Notes: a model not told the origin generated them from the letters alone. A stretch of DNA of 64,000 nt from an uncultured Gammaproteobacteria bacterium (GCA_964515545.1 CAZERI010000001.1:333553-397552); one strand, 5' to 3'. Counted from the stretch's first letter, positions 38,829-48,001 are shown. Numbers and translations: made by a program.

Positions 38829-39110
38829 TCAATGTTTTTCGGCTCGTTTGGCGAGCCAGTCCGTTGAGTATAGCACGATGATTGTGGCCAAGGGCCACAG
38901 GAACCATATTACTGTATGGTACAGGAGGTTATTCACCTCAAACGTTGCCCAGCAGACCCAGACAAGCATCGAGGCTGCGCCTCCTGCGTACAGCAGGTCC
39001 CATCGGAAGCGTCTCCAGACCTGCCGAATAACATATCCGACCATCCAGAGGACGACTCCCCAGAAAACTACTGCCATGATGATATTGGCGAGCGTTGGTT
39101 GGATGTCCAT
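38829..39110 (-). CDS. small 3-TM membrane protein (GC-rich)
   Basis: 93-aa ORF with three hydrophobic helices and W/Y-rich interfaces; preferred over the overlapping antisense ORFs. Confidence 0.35.
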   Translation of the reverse strand: MDIQPTLANIIMAVVFWGVVLWMVGYVIRQVWRRFRWDLLYAGGAASMLVWVCWATFEVNNLLYHTVIWFLWPLATIIVLYSTDWLAKRAEKH

Positions 39111-39313
39111 CGGAATTCCTTTCTACTGAGCATGCATCCCAGGGTGGATGCCTTCCAAACTCCCACTATAAGAGTCTCGAAGGCATCCACAAAACATTGA
39201 TAAATAAATGTGCGAAAAATACTTTTAGCCTCAAAACGTACGCAAATGTACCTTTTTCAGCAAAAAGTAGCCCAATAGTAGCAGATCGAGAGCCATTTTA
39301 CAACCTATAGTTA

Positions 39314-40168
39314 TTAAAGAAAGCGGAGAGTATCCTGCCACGTGACTTGCGGATTACTGGATGAGGGAATACTAGTTGAGCCTATACTAAAGAAGAGTAG
39401 CTTATCTGGATGGGCTGAATCGCCTAAAAAGAAAGTCAGATTGGTGCTCTGTTTGGTAGGACAGGTCGGGATAATTTCTTCATAGGTTGAAGGATAAGGG
39501 GTCTGAGCTTTGAAAGAGAATGTACAGCCTGCATAGTTAGGATCGCTCATAGTAATTTTGCTTACCGCCTGTAGCGTAGAATCAGTGGTGAGCTTGGACA
39601 TGACATCTACATATTGCCCGTTCGTGGGAGCTGAACCAGTAAAAAAGACATAGACGCGGGATGCATCAGCCTCCGCCTCCAGAGTCTGCTTGGGAGAATC
39701 CGGAAGGGACTTAGCATAGTCAAAATAAATTCCGAGTTCTTGTGAATAATAACGATTACTCGTAGGATTAGCACTTGTAGTAGCTACTCCAGGCGTAGGA
39801 GTAGCTGTGGGAAGTTCATGAGTAGGTGTAGGAACTTTAGTAGGCGTGGTTGTTGTTTTTGGAGGAGTTTTAGCTGCCCCCATACGAGCGGTGAGAATAT
39901 ATGTGCTTAAAAGAACGATAAGGAGAATTAATATTCCAATAATAACTTTAGGAATGAGACTAAACTTATTAGATACAGGAGGAGGTGGTGGAGTTGGACT
40001 ACTAACCGGAGGATTAGAAGAGGGAGAGGATGGTGCAGAAGGAGTGGGTGAAGGGGGGGTGGCTGTACTTGGGGAGGTGGGAATTGACAGCGATGGGCCT
40101 GAGAGCTGCTTCTCTGCCTCTTCCACAGGAATTTCTGTTGAGTAGGGATTAGTACCTTTTTGATCCAT
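39314..40168 (-). CDS. Pro/Thr-rich N-terminally anchored surface protein
   Basis: P/S/T low-complexity region, a TM helix, a second PT linker, then a globular C-terminal domain. Confidence 0.5.
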   Translation of the reverse strand: MDQKGTNPYSTEIPVEEAEKQLSGPSLSIPTSPSTATPPSPTPSAPSSPSSNPPVSSPTPPPPPVSNKFSLIPKVIIGILILLIVLLSTYILTARMGAAKTPPKTTTTPTKVPTPTHELPTATPTPGVATTSANPTSNRYYSQELGIYFDYAKSLPDSPKQTLEAEADASRVYVFFTGSAPTNGQYVDVMSKLTTDSTLQAVSKITMSDPNYAGCTFSFKAQTPYPSTYEEIIPTCPTKQSTNLTFFLGDSAHPDKLLFFSIGSTSIPSSSNPQVTWQDTLRFL

Positions 40169-40208
40169 AGATCTAGTATTGCAAGAGAGGAACTATTTTG
40201 CAATCTTT

Positions 40209-40901
40209 CTATTTAACGAGCTGGAGAGTTTTGAGAATAGAGTCCATTTCCATAAGATCAGCATCTGAAAAAGTGGAGGTTGAGGTATACGTTATAGCTC
40301 CAAATGAGGTTGGTGTGCCCCAGTCTTTATTATTAGCTGACCCGCAAAAATCATAGACTATTTTTGTTCCATTTCCTTGATTTGTACTAAGGTATCGTCT
40401 AAGAATTGCTCCTGATGCTATTGGGACTTCTGTATACTTTGTTGTTCTCAGATCTTGCATTGGGCCTTGGGGTACATCCCCTTCAAATATACAGCCACTA
40501 CCGCCTATAGGTGCTTGATAGATTTTAATTTCAGCGTCACCTTTAGTTAAAGTATACGTATCAGTGATAGCGTCCTTTTTATGAAAGGGAGTCCATGTCT
40601 CAGGATATTGGATAAGGTAAGGATTAAAAGAAGTACTCTCTAGTTTAGTGCTCGTATAGGTAGCCCAGATAGCTTTACTTTGTGTCGGTATAGCTGTTGC
40701 TGTAGGAAGAGTGGACGTCGGTTGATTTTGAGTTTGATTAAGAGATTGAGGTGTCTGAGATGTCTCTTGAGATTTGAGAAAATAGCCGCCGCCCAACCCG
40801 AGAAGAAGGATTATAATTGCCACAAGGATAAAGACCAGCTTGTTGCTTTTTGCAGGCTGGAGGGGAGCTTGTGGCGGTGTAGTGGGTACAGTAGGCTCCA
40901 T
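40209..40901 (-). CDS. N-terminally anchored T/Q-rich surface protein
   Basis: Proline-rich N-terminus, a TM helix, a T/Q linker, then a globular domain. Confidence 0.5.
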   Translation of the reverse strand: MEPTVPTTPPQAPLQPAKSNKLVFILVAIIILLLGLGGGYFLKSQETSQTPQSLNQTQNQPTSTLPTATAIPTQSKAIWATYTSTKLESTSFNPYLIQYPETWTPFHKKDAITDTYTLTKGDAEIKIYQAPIGGSGCIFEGDVPQGPMQDLRTTKYTEVPIASGAILRRYLSTNQGNGTKIVYDFCGSANNKDWGTPTSFGAITYTSTSTFSDADLMEMDSILKTLQLVK

Positions 40902-40954
40902 AGCTGAAGTATTACAATACCTGAGAGATCTGTCAAGTCAATCTTTTACCAACG

Positions 40955-41209
40955 TTATTTTCTCTCAACTGTAATACTGCATTCCGTTACTAAAGCAGCG
41001 ACTGCTCCAACTGCTGCTAAGGCTGGAGCGATTAAAGCACCAGCGACACCAATTGTGAGTGGGAACTCAACGATAGTTTTGCCTGCCTTATCTTTGATAG
41101 TAATTCTACGGATGTTTCCTTCATGGATGAGTTGTTTGACTTTTTTTAATAAGTCCTCACCATTAACAGTAAATGTTTCTGTTTTTGGTCCTGTTTTTTT
41201 GGTAGCCAT
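40955..41209 (-). CDS. DUF4342-family small protein
   Basis: ETFTVNGEDLLKKVKQLIHEGNIRRITIKD..GKT..EFPLTIGVAGALIAPALAAVGAVAALVTECSI matches the conserved DUF4342 pattern. Confidence 0.55.
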   Translation of the reverse strand: MATKKTGPKTETFTVNGEDLLKKVKQLIHEGNIRRITIKDKAGKTIVEFPLTIGVAGALIAPALAAVGAVAALVTECSITVERK

Positions 41210-41432
41210 ATGTCACCTCCTTTGAGAGATAAATAGTAGCATATTACGTATTGACAGGAAAGCAGACGACCTGTGCATACTATAGTTATGTCTGCGAAAA
41301 AGACTACCAAATCTCTTAAGCGAGAAAGGCCAGTGAAGAAGCGAAGGATCCATGTTACCTCTGGGTCGGGGCTCGCTGTGGCAATTGGGATAGTAGTTGT
41401 TCTATTTCTTATTATCCTTACCAAATTATCAC

Positions 41433-42419
41433 TTATTTAGCCTCAAATTTTTGGAGTAAGTCTTTAATTGTTCTTTTTAACTCTTCAGTAACACTAGCGA
41501 GTACCATACCGGCCTCAAACTGTCCATAGAGCACTGTTGTCCCAAGAGGGGCAAGGAGGATGACAGGCAGGGTGAGAAGATCTTCTTCGCCATCAACACG
41601 AATGATTTTATGATTGGGATGGTGAAGCCTTTCTAAAAAAACTCCAGCAAATTTCGGATTGATCGTTCCGGCTGGGTTAGCTATAGCTGGTTTGATGCCG
41701 GGGAAATAACGAGCGATAGTTTTATCATCTATATCTTCACGGCGGGTACGAAAGTCCACGACTGCCAGATCTGGATTGATATTTGCCTCAAGAAGTGTGG
41801 TGGTGACGATATCCCCGACTGAGATGAGAAGTGAATGAGGATTGAGTTGTCTTTTTATATCAGCGGGATCAGTAGTGACGTGGCCGATTGGCTGCTGTAA
41901 TTCTGTCCTGAGAGCATCAGGCAACTGTAATTCCGTCTTACTTTGGAAGAAGTGGAGATAGGAGTTGCCCTCACGATCGATGATTCCTTTACGGATATTT
42001 TCAGAGCTGACTATCAGACCATTTTGCGTCTTCACAAAAGGAACAACGATTATTTCTATAGCTGAAAGCCTCTTCTCTTGACGCTCTTGGACAATCTCTC
42101 GCGCTGTTTTTTCAGTCTCAGGACTTACGATGATCGCCTCAATTGTCGGATCAGTTAGGATACTTCCATATTTGTCCTTAATCGGGAGTATGGTTGCTTG
42201 TTCCAGCCAGCCATTTTCTTTCAGAAAATGGACGAGAGACGCATGACGTTTGTCATAATTTTCAATGGTGGCAGCCTGATATTTGTGCTGATACATATCA
42301 CTTGTAGTAATGCCTATGGTAACTCTGTCTGCTATCTCAAAAGCTTTTTTTAGGAGGGAAAGATGTCCAGCGTGGAAGTGATCGAAAGTTCCGCCGACTA
42401 TAGCGTGCTTATAATGCAT
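41433..42419 (-). CDS. cytidylyltransferase-family (archaeal-type PPAT-like) N-terminal domain fused to an uncharacterised C-terminal domain (possibly a GTP-dependent dephospho-CoA kinase, DUF359-like)
   Basis: N-terminal GGTFDHFHAGH (the (H/T)xGH nucleotidyltransferase motif); the C-terminal ~170 aa are conserved-looking but the DUF359 assignment is from memory only. Confidence 0.5.
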   Translation of the reverse strand: MHYKHAIVGGTFDHFHAGHLSLLKKAFEIADRVTIGITTSDMYQHKYQAATIENYDKRHASLVHFLKENGWLEQATILPIKDKYGSILTDPTIEAIIVSPETEKTAREIVQERQEKRLSAIEIIVVPFVKTQNGLIVSSENIRKGIIDREGNSYLHFFQSKTELQLPDALRTELQQPIGHVTTDPADIKRQLNPHSLLISVGDIVTTTLLEANINPDLAVVDFRTRREDIDDKTIARYFPGIKPAIANPAGTINPKFAGVFLERLHHPNHKIIRVDGEEDLLTLPVILLAPLGTTVLYGQFEAGMVLASVTEELKRTIKDLLQKFEAK

Positions 42420-42526
42420 GAGGGAATTATATCAGGTCAGTTATCGCGATTTCGGATGTGAGCTGCTATGAAATGATATTTTATTCCTACATCCTTGTAA
42501 GGGGCTAGCAGAGAGGTACACCAGAC

Positions 42527-43027
42527 TTAGAGTTTCTTTATTTGATCAATACTGCGAGGTTCATAGCCAAGCTTTTTATAAAAATTTCGGGCGGGTTCAT
42601 TAGGAGCAAATACTTCCACTTTCATAACGTCACATCCCTGAGATTTTACATATTCTTCAGCTCTCTGGAGGAGGGCAGTCCCGAGGCCTTTTTGGCGATT
42701 AAGCGCTGAGACATAGAGATTAGTCACACGGCCAATAGTTGTGGGAATAGTTCCTAGGAGATCTTCAGGACTCTGATGATAAATAGTCGCCGTGACAAAT
42801 CCTGCAATTTCATCCCCATCTACTGCGATAAAGAAAATCCCTTCTTGTGCATTTATTTGCTCTACAATTTTTTTAAGTTCTGTCTCACCATATCCTGGCT
42901 GAATCCGTAAGCGCTTCAGAGGATCGATATGGATGAGGTATTGGTAAAATTCTTCCAGAAGCTCTATCATCTGCCTTGCATAGGAGCTGTCATAGGAGAT
43001 TATATGTATTGGGGTGGGCTCGGCCAT
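42527..43027 (-). CDS. GNAT-family N-acetyltransferase
   Basis: RQKGLGTALLQRAEEY acetyl-CoA binding motif. Confidence 0.7.
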   Translation of the reverse strand: MAEPTPIHIISYDSSYARQMIELLEEFYQYLIHIDPLKRLRIQPGYGETELKKIVEQINAQEGIFFIAVDGDEIAGFVTATIYHQSPEDLLGTIPTTIGRVTNLYVSALNRQKGLGTALLQRAEEYVKSQGCDVMKVEVFAPNEPARNFYKKLGYEPRSIDQIKKL

Positions 43028-43080
43028 ACGAGAAGTATATCATTATTGACTGTTGAGTAGACCAGTAGTAAAATTACACT

Positions 43081-43488
43081 ATGTTAAATGGTTTTAAGAA
43101 ATTTATTTTACGGGGTAATGTCGTTGATCTGGCAGTAGGTATAGTAGTAGGAGCAGCTTTTAATTCAGTAGTCCAGGAATTTGTCAAAGGTATATTTACT
43201 CCTCTTCTAGGAGTCTTAGGGGGCATTCCTGATTTTTCCCATTTTTCACTTCACATAGGTAAGTCCACAATTCTTGTCGGTTCATTTTTAAACGCTCTGA
43301 TATCTTTCCTTATAGTCGCTACCGCGATTTACTTTTTTGTTATTGTTCCCATGAATAAATTAAAAGATCTTTCCAACAAAGGAAAGAATGTAGATCCGAC
43401 CATGAAGAGCTGTAAGTATTGCTATTCAGAGATTTCGGCGAAAGCTACGCGTTGCCCCCAATGCACCTCTAAATTAGAAGAAAAATAG
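43081..43488 (+). CDS. mscL: large-conductance mechanosensitive channel MscL with a C-terminal CxxC...CxxC extension
   Basis: FKKFILRGNVVDLAVGIVVGAAF N-terminus is MscL; the C-terminal CKYCYSE...CPQC is an appended zinc-ribbon-like tail. Confidence 0.8.
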   Translation: MLNGFKKFILRGNVVDLAVGIVVGAAFNSVVQEFVKGIFTPLLGVLGGIPDFSHFSLHIGKSTILVGSFLNALISFLIVATAIYFFVIVPMNKLKDLSNKGKNVDPTMKSCKYCYSEISAKATRCPQCTSKLEEK

Positions 43489-43574
43489 GTAATTTTTTCT
43501 TTCATTTCTCTTACATAAAATGCCTCCTGTTGTGCTTGAAATGCATCCTCTAAGGTGTTACTATAGCCAAAGAT

Positions 43575-43590
43575 TTGTACGAACGTACAA
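43575..43590. promoter_or_regulatory. perfect 7-2-7 inverted repeat TTGTACG-AA-CGTACAA (operator candidate)
   Basis: Palindrome ~10 nt upstream of a TTGACA hexamer (43601-43606), in the 315-bp intergenic region ahead of the Rad52-like/Pif1 gene pair. Confidence 0.5.
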
Positions 43591-43833
43591 CAAAGCAGAG
43601 TTGACAAGAGATTTTAGGTTGGTTTTCAGGCTTTAGGATTTGACTTGGTAGCCTGGATGAGCGGAAGGTTCTTTTTTACTGTCCTACCCTCAATTTTTTA
43701 CTGCCCAACCCCATAAACACATTTTTTATAAGACGCGTATTGTTGCGTCATTCTCTGCAAATAATTTTAAAATATTTAATACGGAATCCGCCTTCGTAAA
43801 ACTATGGCGGACAAGGAGGAGGTGAAAAGACAA

Positions 43834-44355
43834 ATGAGTAATAACGGAATTGTAACGATACATGGAAAAGAGTATATGACGGTAGCCAGAAGAGTAGAAC
43901 TTGCTCATGAAGGCAACGTCCTAGAGAGTGTTGATACAGAGGTTCTCAGCCATAGTCCCATTGTGATCAGAGCACGTGTTAATGTGAGCGGCAAAACATT
44001 CACAGGGATAAGTGCTGTTGATCCAGCAAATGCTCGCACGATTGAGAAGGAAAATCCTTACGAGGTCGCTGAAACATCTGCTGTTGGTCGCGCTCTTGGA
44101 TTCGCGGGGTTTGGTGTCATCGAGTCAGTCGCAAGTGCTGATGAAATGGTACGCGCAACCTCTAATAAGGAACGCCGAGTAGCTATCGATGCTGCAGTTA
44201 AGCCCCTAACCCAAACCATAACACGAGATGTGTTGTGTGAGGTATGCGGTAAGCCAGCTACAGAGCGAAAAGGCAAAACTCGCGGTGGTAAGAACTATCA
44301 CGGAATTTTCTGCAGTACTGATGAGAGAAGTCACACCAGATGGCTGTGGAACTAA
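43834..44355 (+). CDS. Rad52/Sak-like single-strand annealing protein candidate with a C-terminal zinc ribbon
   Basis: GKEYMTVARRVELAHE...GKTFTGISAVD...ETSAVGRALGFAGFG resembles the Rad52-family core (GxxY...R..L...FG... A.KRAL..FG). C-terminal CEVCGK...C. AAGGAGGAGG SD ahead of the second Met. Confidence 0.35.
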   Translation: MSNNGIVTIHGKEYMTVARRVELAHEGNVLESVDTEVLSHSPIVIRARVNVSGKTFTGISAVDPANARTIEKENPYEVAETSAVGRALGFAGFGVIESVASADEMVRATSNKERRVAIDAAVKPLTQTITRDVLCEVCGKPATERKGKTRGGKNYHGIFCSTDERSHTRWLWN

Positions 44356-44475
44356 CATGCTAGTCGGACCAATCACTCAGATTGGCTTCCGGCACGACGG
44401 GAAAAGTAAAGGGTCCTTTGGGCAGGAAGAGATAACTTTTCTCGTCATGTCGGAAATAGTACACGAGGTTTTACT

Positions 44476-45735
44476 ATGACACAACAGGAAGCACTAGACA
44501 TTTTAAGGACAGGCAACAACGTTTACCTCACAGGAAGCGCTGGCTCTGGTAAGACCTACGTCTTATCACAGTACCTTTTATACCTCAAACAGCAGGGAGT
44601 AAAGGTAGGAGTGACTGCCTCAACTGGAGTAGCATCTACGCAGCTGTCCGGAATGACTGTTCATGCATGGTCAGGCTTAGGAGCACGAGAAGCGTTGACT
44701 GAGCATGATATCGCTGAGTTAGTGAAACGAAAATATTTGATAAAACGATATGAGAAGACCCAAGTTTTGATTATCGATGAGGTATCGATGCTATCTAGTA
44801 AGACGTTAGAAGGAATAGACACACTTTGCAGAGCATTTAAAAATAGCAGTCTGCCTTTTGGCGGTATGCAGGTAGTACTTTGCGGAGATTTTTTTCAGCT
44901 GCCTCCGGTAAGTAATGGCTCGACAGATTTTATTTATGAATCCACACTTTGGAAAGAACTTGGTCTTAAGATCTGTTATTTAGATAAATCATACCGTCAA
45001 AATGATGAGCGATTCATAAGACTATTAACAGATATTAGAGAAAATAACGTCACCTCCAGAACATGGGATACGTTAAAAGAACGATTTATTGATCCGATAA
45101 CTCCAGGAATGACGCTTACCAGACTTTTTACTCATAATTTCCAGGCTGATCTTATTAATGCGCGAGAACTGAATAAATTAACAGGTGAAGAGTATCTTTA
45201 TGATCTTGAAAGTGAAGGTAATCCTACCTTAACAGAAGTCATTAAGAAAAATAGCCTGCTTGTTGAGAAGCTTACTCTTAAAGAACGTGCACTTGTTATG
45301 TTTATTAAGAACTCTGTTGAACAGGGATATGTTAACGGAACAATGGGAAGAGTTATTGGATTTAGTCATGATAATTTTCCCATTGTTGAGACATTTGAGG
45401 GAAGAGAGATTACAGTCCGTCCAAGCGAGAGGATTATTGACGATGAGGTAGGAGAAAGGGCATTAGTGAGACAACTCCCACTTCGTCTTGCATGGGCTAT
45501 TACGATCCATAAATCCCAAGGTATGACACTTGACGCAGCAGAAATTGATCTGGGACGGACATTCGTAAAAGGAATGGGCTATGTCGCTTTATCTCGAGTG
45601 AGGAGCCTCCGCGGACTACGCTTGAAAAGTATTAATCCAACTGCTCTTAAAGTAAATGAAGAAGTTACACAGTTTGATCGTGAGCTGCGTTTTGCTTCAC
45701 AACAGGTAGCAATTGAACTTAGGGATGCCAAGTGA
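44476..45735 (+). CDS. Pif1-family (SF1B) DNA helicase
   Basis: Walker A GSAGSGKTY, IIDEVSM, CGDFFQLPPV, and the characteristic C-terminal LAWAITIHKSQGMT...YVALSRV. Confidence 0.75.
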   Translation: MTQQEALDILRTGNNVYLTGSAGSGKTYVLSQYLLYLKQQGVKVGVTASTGVASTQLSGMTVHAWSGLGAREALTEHDIAELVKRKYLIKRYEKTQVLIIDEVSMLSSKTLEGIDTLCRAFKNSSLPFGGMQVVLCGDFFQLPPVSNGSTDFIYESTLWKELGLKICYLDKSYRQNDERFIRLLTDIRENNVTSRTWDTLKERFIDPITPGMTLTRLFTHNFQADLINARELNKLTGEEYLYDLESEGNPTLTEVIKKNSLLVEKLTLKERALVMFIKNSVEQGYVNGTMGRVIGFSHDNFPIVETFEGREITVRPSERIIDDEVGERALVRQLPLRLAWAITIHKSQGMTLDAAEIDLGRTFVKGMGYVALSRVRSLRGLRLKSINPTALKVNEEVTQFDRELRFASQQVAIELRDAK

Positions 45736-45777
45736 AACCAGGAGGATCTCGGACGCATCATTCACACGGTAGCCTAA

Positions 45778-46056
45778 TTATTTTTTCTTTTTTCTACCCC
45801 AGCGCCAGGAGGGTTTTTCACCAGTCAGGTAAGAAATAATAATAAGTGTGACAGTAGAAATTCCAATAAGAAAAAGATAAATCCCTACAGAAACCCATTG
45901 ATTAAAGAGGGGGTCGTTCAGCCTCATTATAAAAACAATCGTTACCGCTATGACAAGAACAAGATACATTAACGTTGTTAACCACCCCTCAAAGGTCTGA
46001 GGAGTCCACCCGTAACCATAGTCTTTGGCTCTAAACCATTTTTTAACAGCAGACAT
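45778..46056 (-). CDS. small membrane protein
   Basis: Three predicted TM helices, basic C-terminus. Confidence 0.4.
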   Translation of the reverse strand: MSAVKKWFRAKDYGYGWTPQTFEGWLTTLMYLVLVIAVTIVFIMRLNDPLFNQWVSVGIYLFLIGISTVTLIIISYLTGEKPSWRWGRKKKK

Positions 46057-46080
46057 AGAGAAAGTATATCATGAGACTAC

Positions 46081-47004
46081 TTAAGAAGCAGGCTGGAATT
46101 TTTTTTCCAAAGTATGAATAAAGTTAGCATAGCCATTGATTATCAAGTGAAGATCACTTCGTTCCTGACAGACTTCATTGAGAGAGTCCAGATCTAGTGG
46201 AGAGAGTGTGATATCTTCAGTAGAACTTGGATACATGACAGAATCAGAACTATTGTTATGACTAATCCCTCGTGCATGTCCTAACTCATGTGCCAGGGTA
46301 TGGATAAGTTCATCTTTGGAATTATTAAAGTAAATAGTAATAGTATTATCATTTCCATTATAGAGTCCTTCTTCAGGTTTGAGGGATAAAGTCTGGTTTA
46401 GCTGGCGTTCTGTCTGATTCAGCTGGCCAATTTGTGAGTTATAGTCTCTAGCTGATTGATTAAGCGCTCTTGCTTGCTTGTTTAGTTCAGCTGCTTCAGC
46501 TTGAAGTTCTTTCTGACGGCTAATAAGCTGATTATATTCTGCCTCAGGTGCTCCGCCTTTGCTATTCCAATAGGCGATATCCTGATTAAGAGCTGCTGCA
46601 TTCTGGTCAAATGCTTCTGATCTTTTCTTATACTCTGCGATCTGCGGATCTAAATTTCCCTTATCGGTATCAAGCTTTTCTTGGAGCTGATTAATCTGAG
46701 TACTTAATTCCTGTCTTTTGTCATAGACAAAATTGATGGTAATTTCTCCCTTAGGATCATAGGTGAATATATTTTTTTGTAAGGCATTATTCCAAATATC
46801 GGAAGCTTCTTTAGTATCAGATAAGACCTGGTTAGAGGTAAGACCAAAACGGCTATCAATATCCCCAAGCTTATAGGTAAGAGGAGTATCGCATGGAGAG
46901 TAGGAAAGAAGATGGCGGATGAGGGGAACTTTCTGATAAGTGAAGAAAATAATGACTAAAATAGTAAGAGTCAGAATAAACTTCTTCATATCTGCATTGT
47001 ACAA
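46081..47004 (-). CDS. membrane-anchored zinc metalloprotease (metzincin HExxHxxGxxH) with a coiled-coil linker
   Basis: HELGHARGISH zinc site followed by a Met-turn region (SVMYPS); N-terminal TM helix. Confidence 0.6.
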   Translation of the reverse strand: MYNADMKKFILTLTILVIIFFTYQKVPLIRHLLSYSPCDTPLTYKLGDIDSRFGLTSNQVLSDTKEASDIWNNALQKNIFTYDPKGEITINFVYDKRQELSTQINQLQEKLDTDKGNLDPQIAEYKKRSEAFDQNAAALNQDIAYWNSKGGAPEAEYNQLISRQKELQAEAAELNKQARALNQSARDYNSQIGQLNQTERQLNQTLSLKPEEGLYNGNDNTITIYFNNSKDELIHTLAHELGHARGISHNNSSDSVMYPSSTEDITLSPLDLDSLNEVCQERSDLHLIINGYANFIHTLEKKFQPAS

Positions 47005-47070
47005 TTCCTAGTACAATTTGTCATTTATTTCCTTACACAATTATTACTGGGATGTTACATATACTTCTTA

Positions 47071-47430
47071 ATGCTGAGGTATGGTATGTGCATGTTAGGA
47101 AAGAAACCTACTATGAGAGATAAAGCAAGGCCATTTGCTGCAGGAGCTGCAGTAACAGCCGGAGCTGTAGTCAGCCTAGCCACTGCTAAGGCACTTTCTG
47201 ATAAGAAAACACGCAAGAGAGTAGTTAAAGAGCTGAATTCAGCTAAAAAACAGGCTACCAGGGCAGTCTCAAGTGTAGTTGATAAAAGTGACGAGATGCT
47301 TGCTGTGGTAAAGTCTCGTGCAAAGAAAGCTATGCCTACAAAAGAAATACAAAAGACAGGTAAAAAAACTACCACTAGAAAAATCACAGCAAGTAAAAAA
47401 ACTTCTCCTAAAAAAACAGCCTCAAGGTAA
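47071..47430 (+). CDS. Lys/Ala-rich basic protein (histone H1-like low complexity)
   Basis: K/T/A-rich tail KKTTTRKITASKKTSPKKTASR. An antisense ORF of similar length makes the strand uncertain; the coding-like K-codon bias favours the plus strand. Confidence 0.3.
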   Translation: MLRYGMCMLGKKPTMRDKARPFAAGAAVTAGAVVSLATAKALSDKKTRKRVVKELNSAKKQATRAVSSVVDKSDEMLAVVKSRAKKAMPTKEIQKTGKKTTTRKITASKKTSPKKTASR

Positions 47431-47480
47431 ATAATTTCTATTTCAGCTTTGTTTCAGAATAGGCTATTATTATAATTGTT

Positions 47481-47939
47481 GTGGTGAAAAAAATAGTACT
47501 ATCTTTAGTAGTTATCATTTCTTTTATTCTCTATAGCCTTTATGAGAGACAGCAGGTAACTAATGCAGTCCTCATCAAGACGCCAGGGGAAGATAATTAC
47601 TATCTCAGTCCTACCCCTGATTCTTCTTCAGCAGGAGGACTTCCTCCAGCGCGCGGTGAGTATAAAGACGGAATCTATACGGGAAGTACTGAAGATGTTT
47701 TTTATGGAGATATCCAAATTAGGGCAGAAATAGCAGAAGGGAGACTTTCTTCAATTGAATTTTTGAAATATCCTAATGATCAGAGGACCTCTATCAGGAT
47801 CAATACAGAAATGATGCCAATTCTCATTCAGGAGGCTATCCAAAAGCAATCCTCAGAAGTAGATATTGTGTCAGGAGCGACAGATTCAAGTGAAGGATTT
47901 CGGCGCTCACTTGCAAATGCATTAGGCCAGGCCAAATAA
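47481..47939 (+). CDS. membrane-anchored FMN-binding domain protein with a flavinylation motif
   Basis: N-terminal TM helix; C-terminal DIVSGATDSSEGF matches the D-x-x-S-G-A-T ApbE-dependent FMN attachment site of NqrC/RnfG-type FMN_bind domains. Confidence 0.7.
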   Translation: MVKKIVLSLVVIISFILYSLYERQQVTNAVLIKTPGEDNYYLSPTPDSSSAGGLPPARGEYKDGIYTGSTEDVFYGDIQIRAEIAEGRLSSIEFLKYPNDQRTSIRINTEMMPILIQEAIQKQSSEVDIVSGATDSSEGFRRSLANALGQAK

Positions 47940-48001
47940 TAAACGTTACATATAAAAGATTTAAGATTTATGACTTACGCTCTACGTTTTAAGGTCAGGA
48001 G

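Noticed and set aside
41436-41451. TAGCCTCAAAT motif copies at 41441 and at the cysS 3' end (16556)
   Set aside because: Both fall inside coding sequence (they encode ...FEAK* and ...ASK*), so these two occurrences may be coincidental and were not counted as regulatory copies.
47055-47387. 110-aa minus-strand ORF
   Set aside because: Antisense to the Lys-rich plus-strand ORF. Neither is certain; the plus strand is favoured by AAA/AAG-rich coding periodicity.
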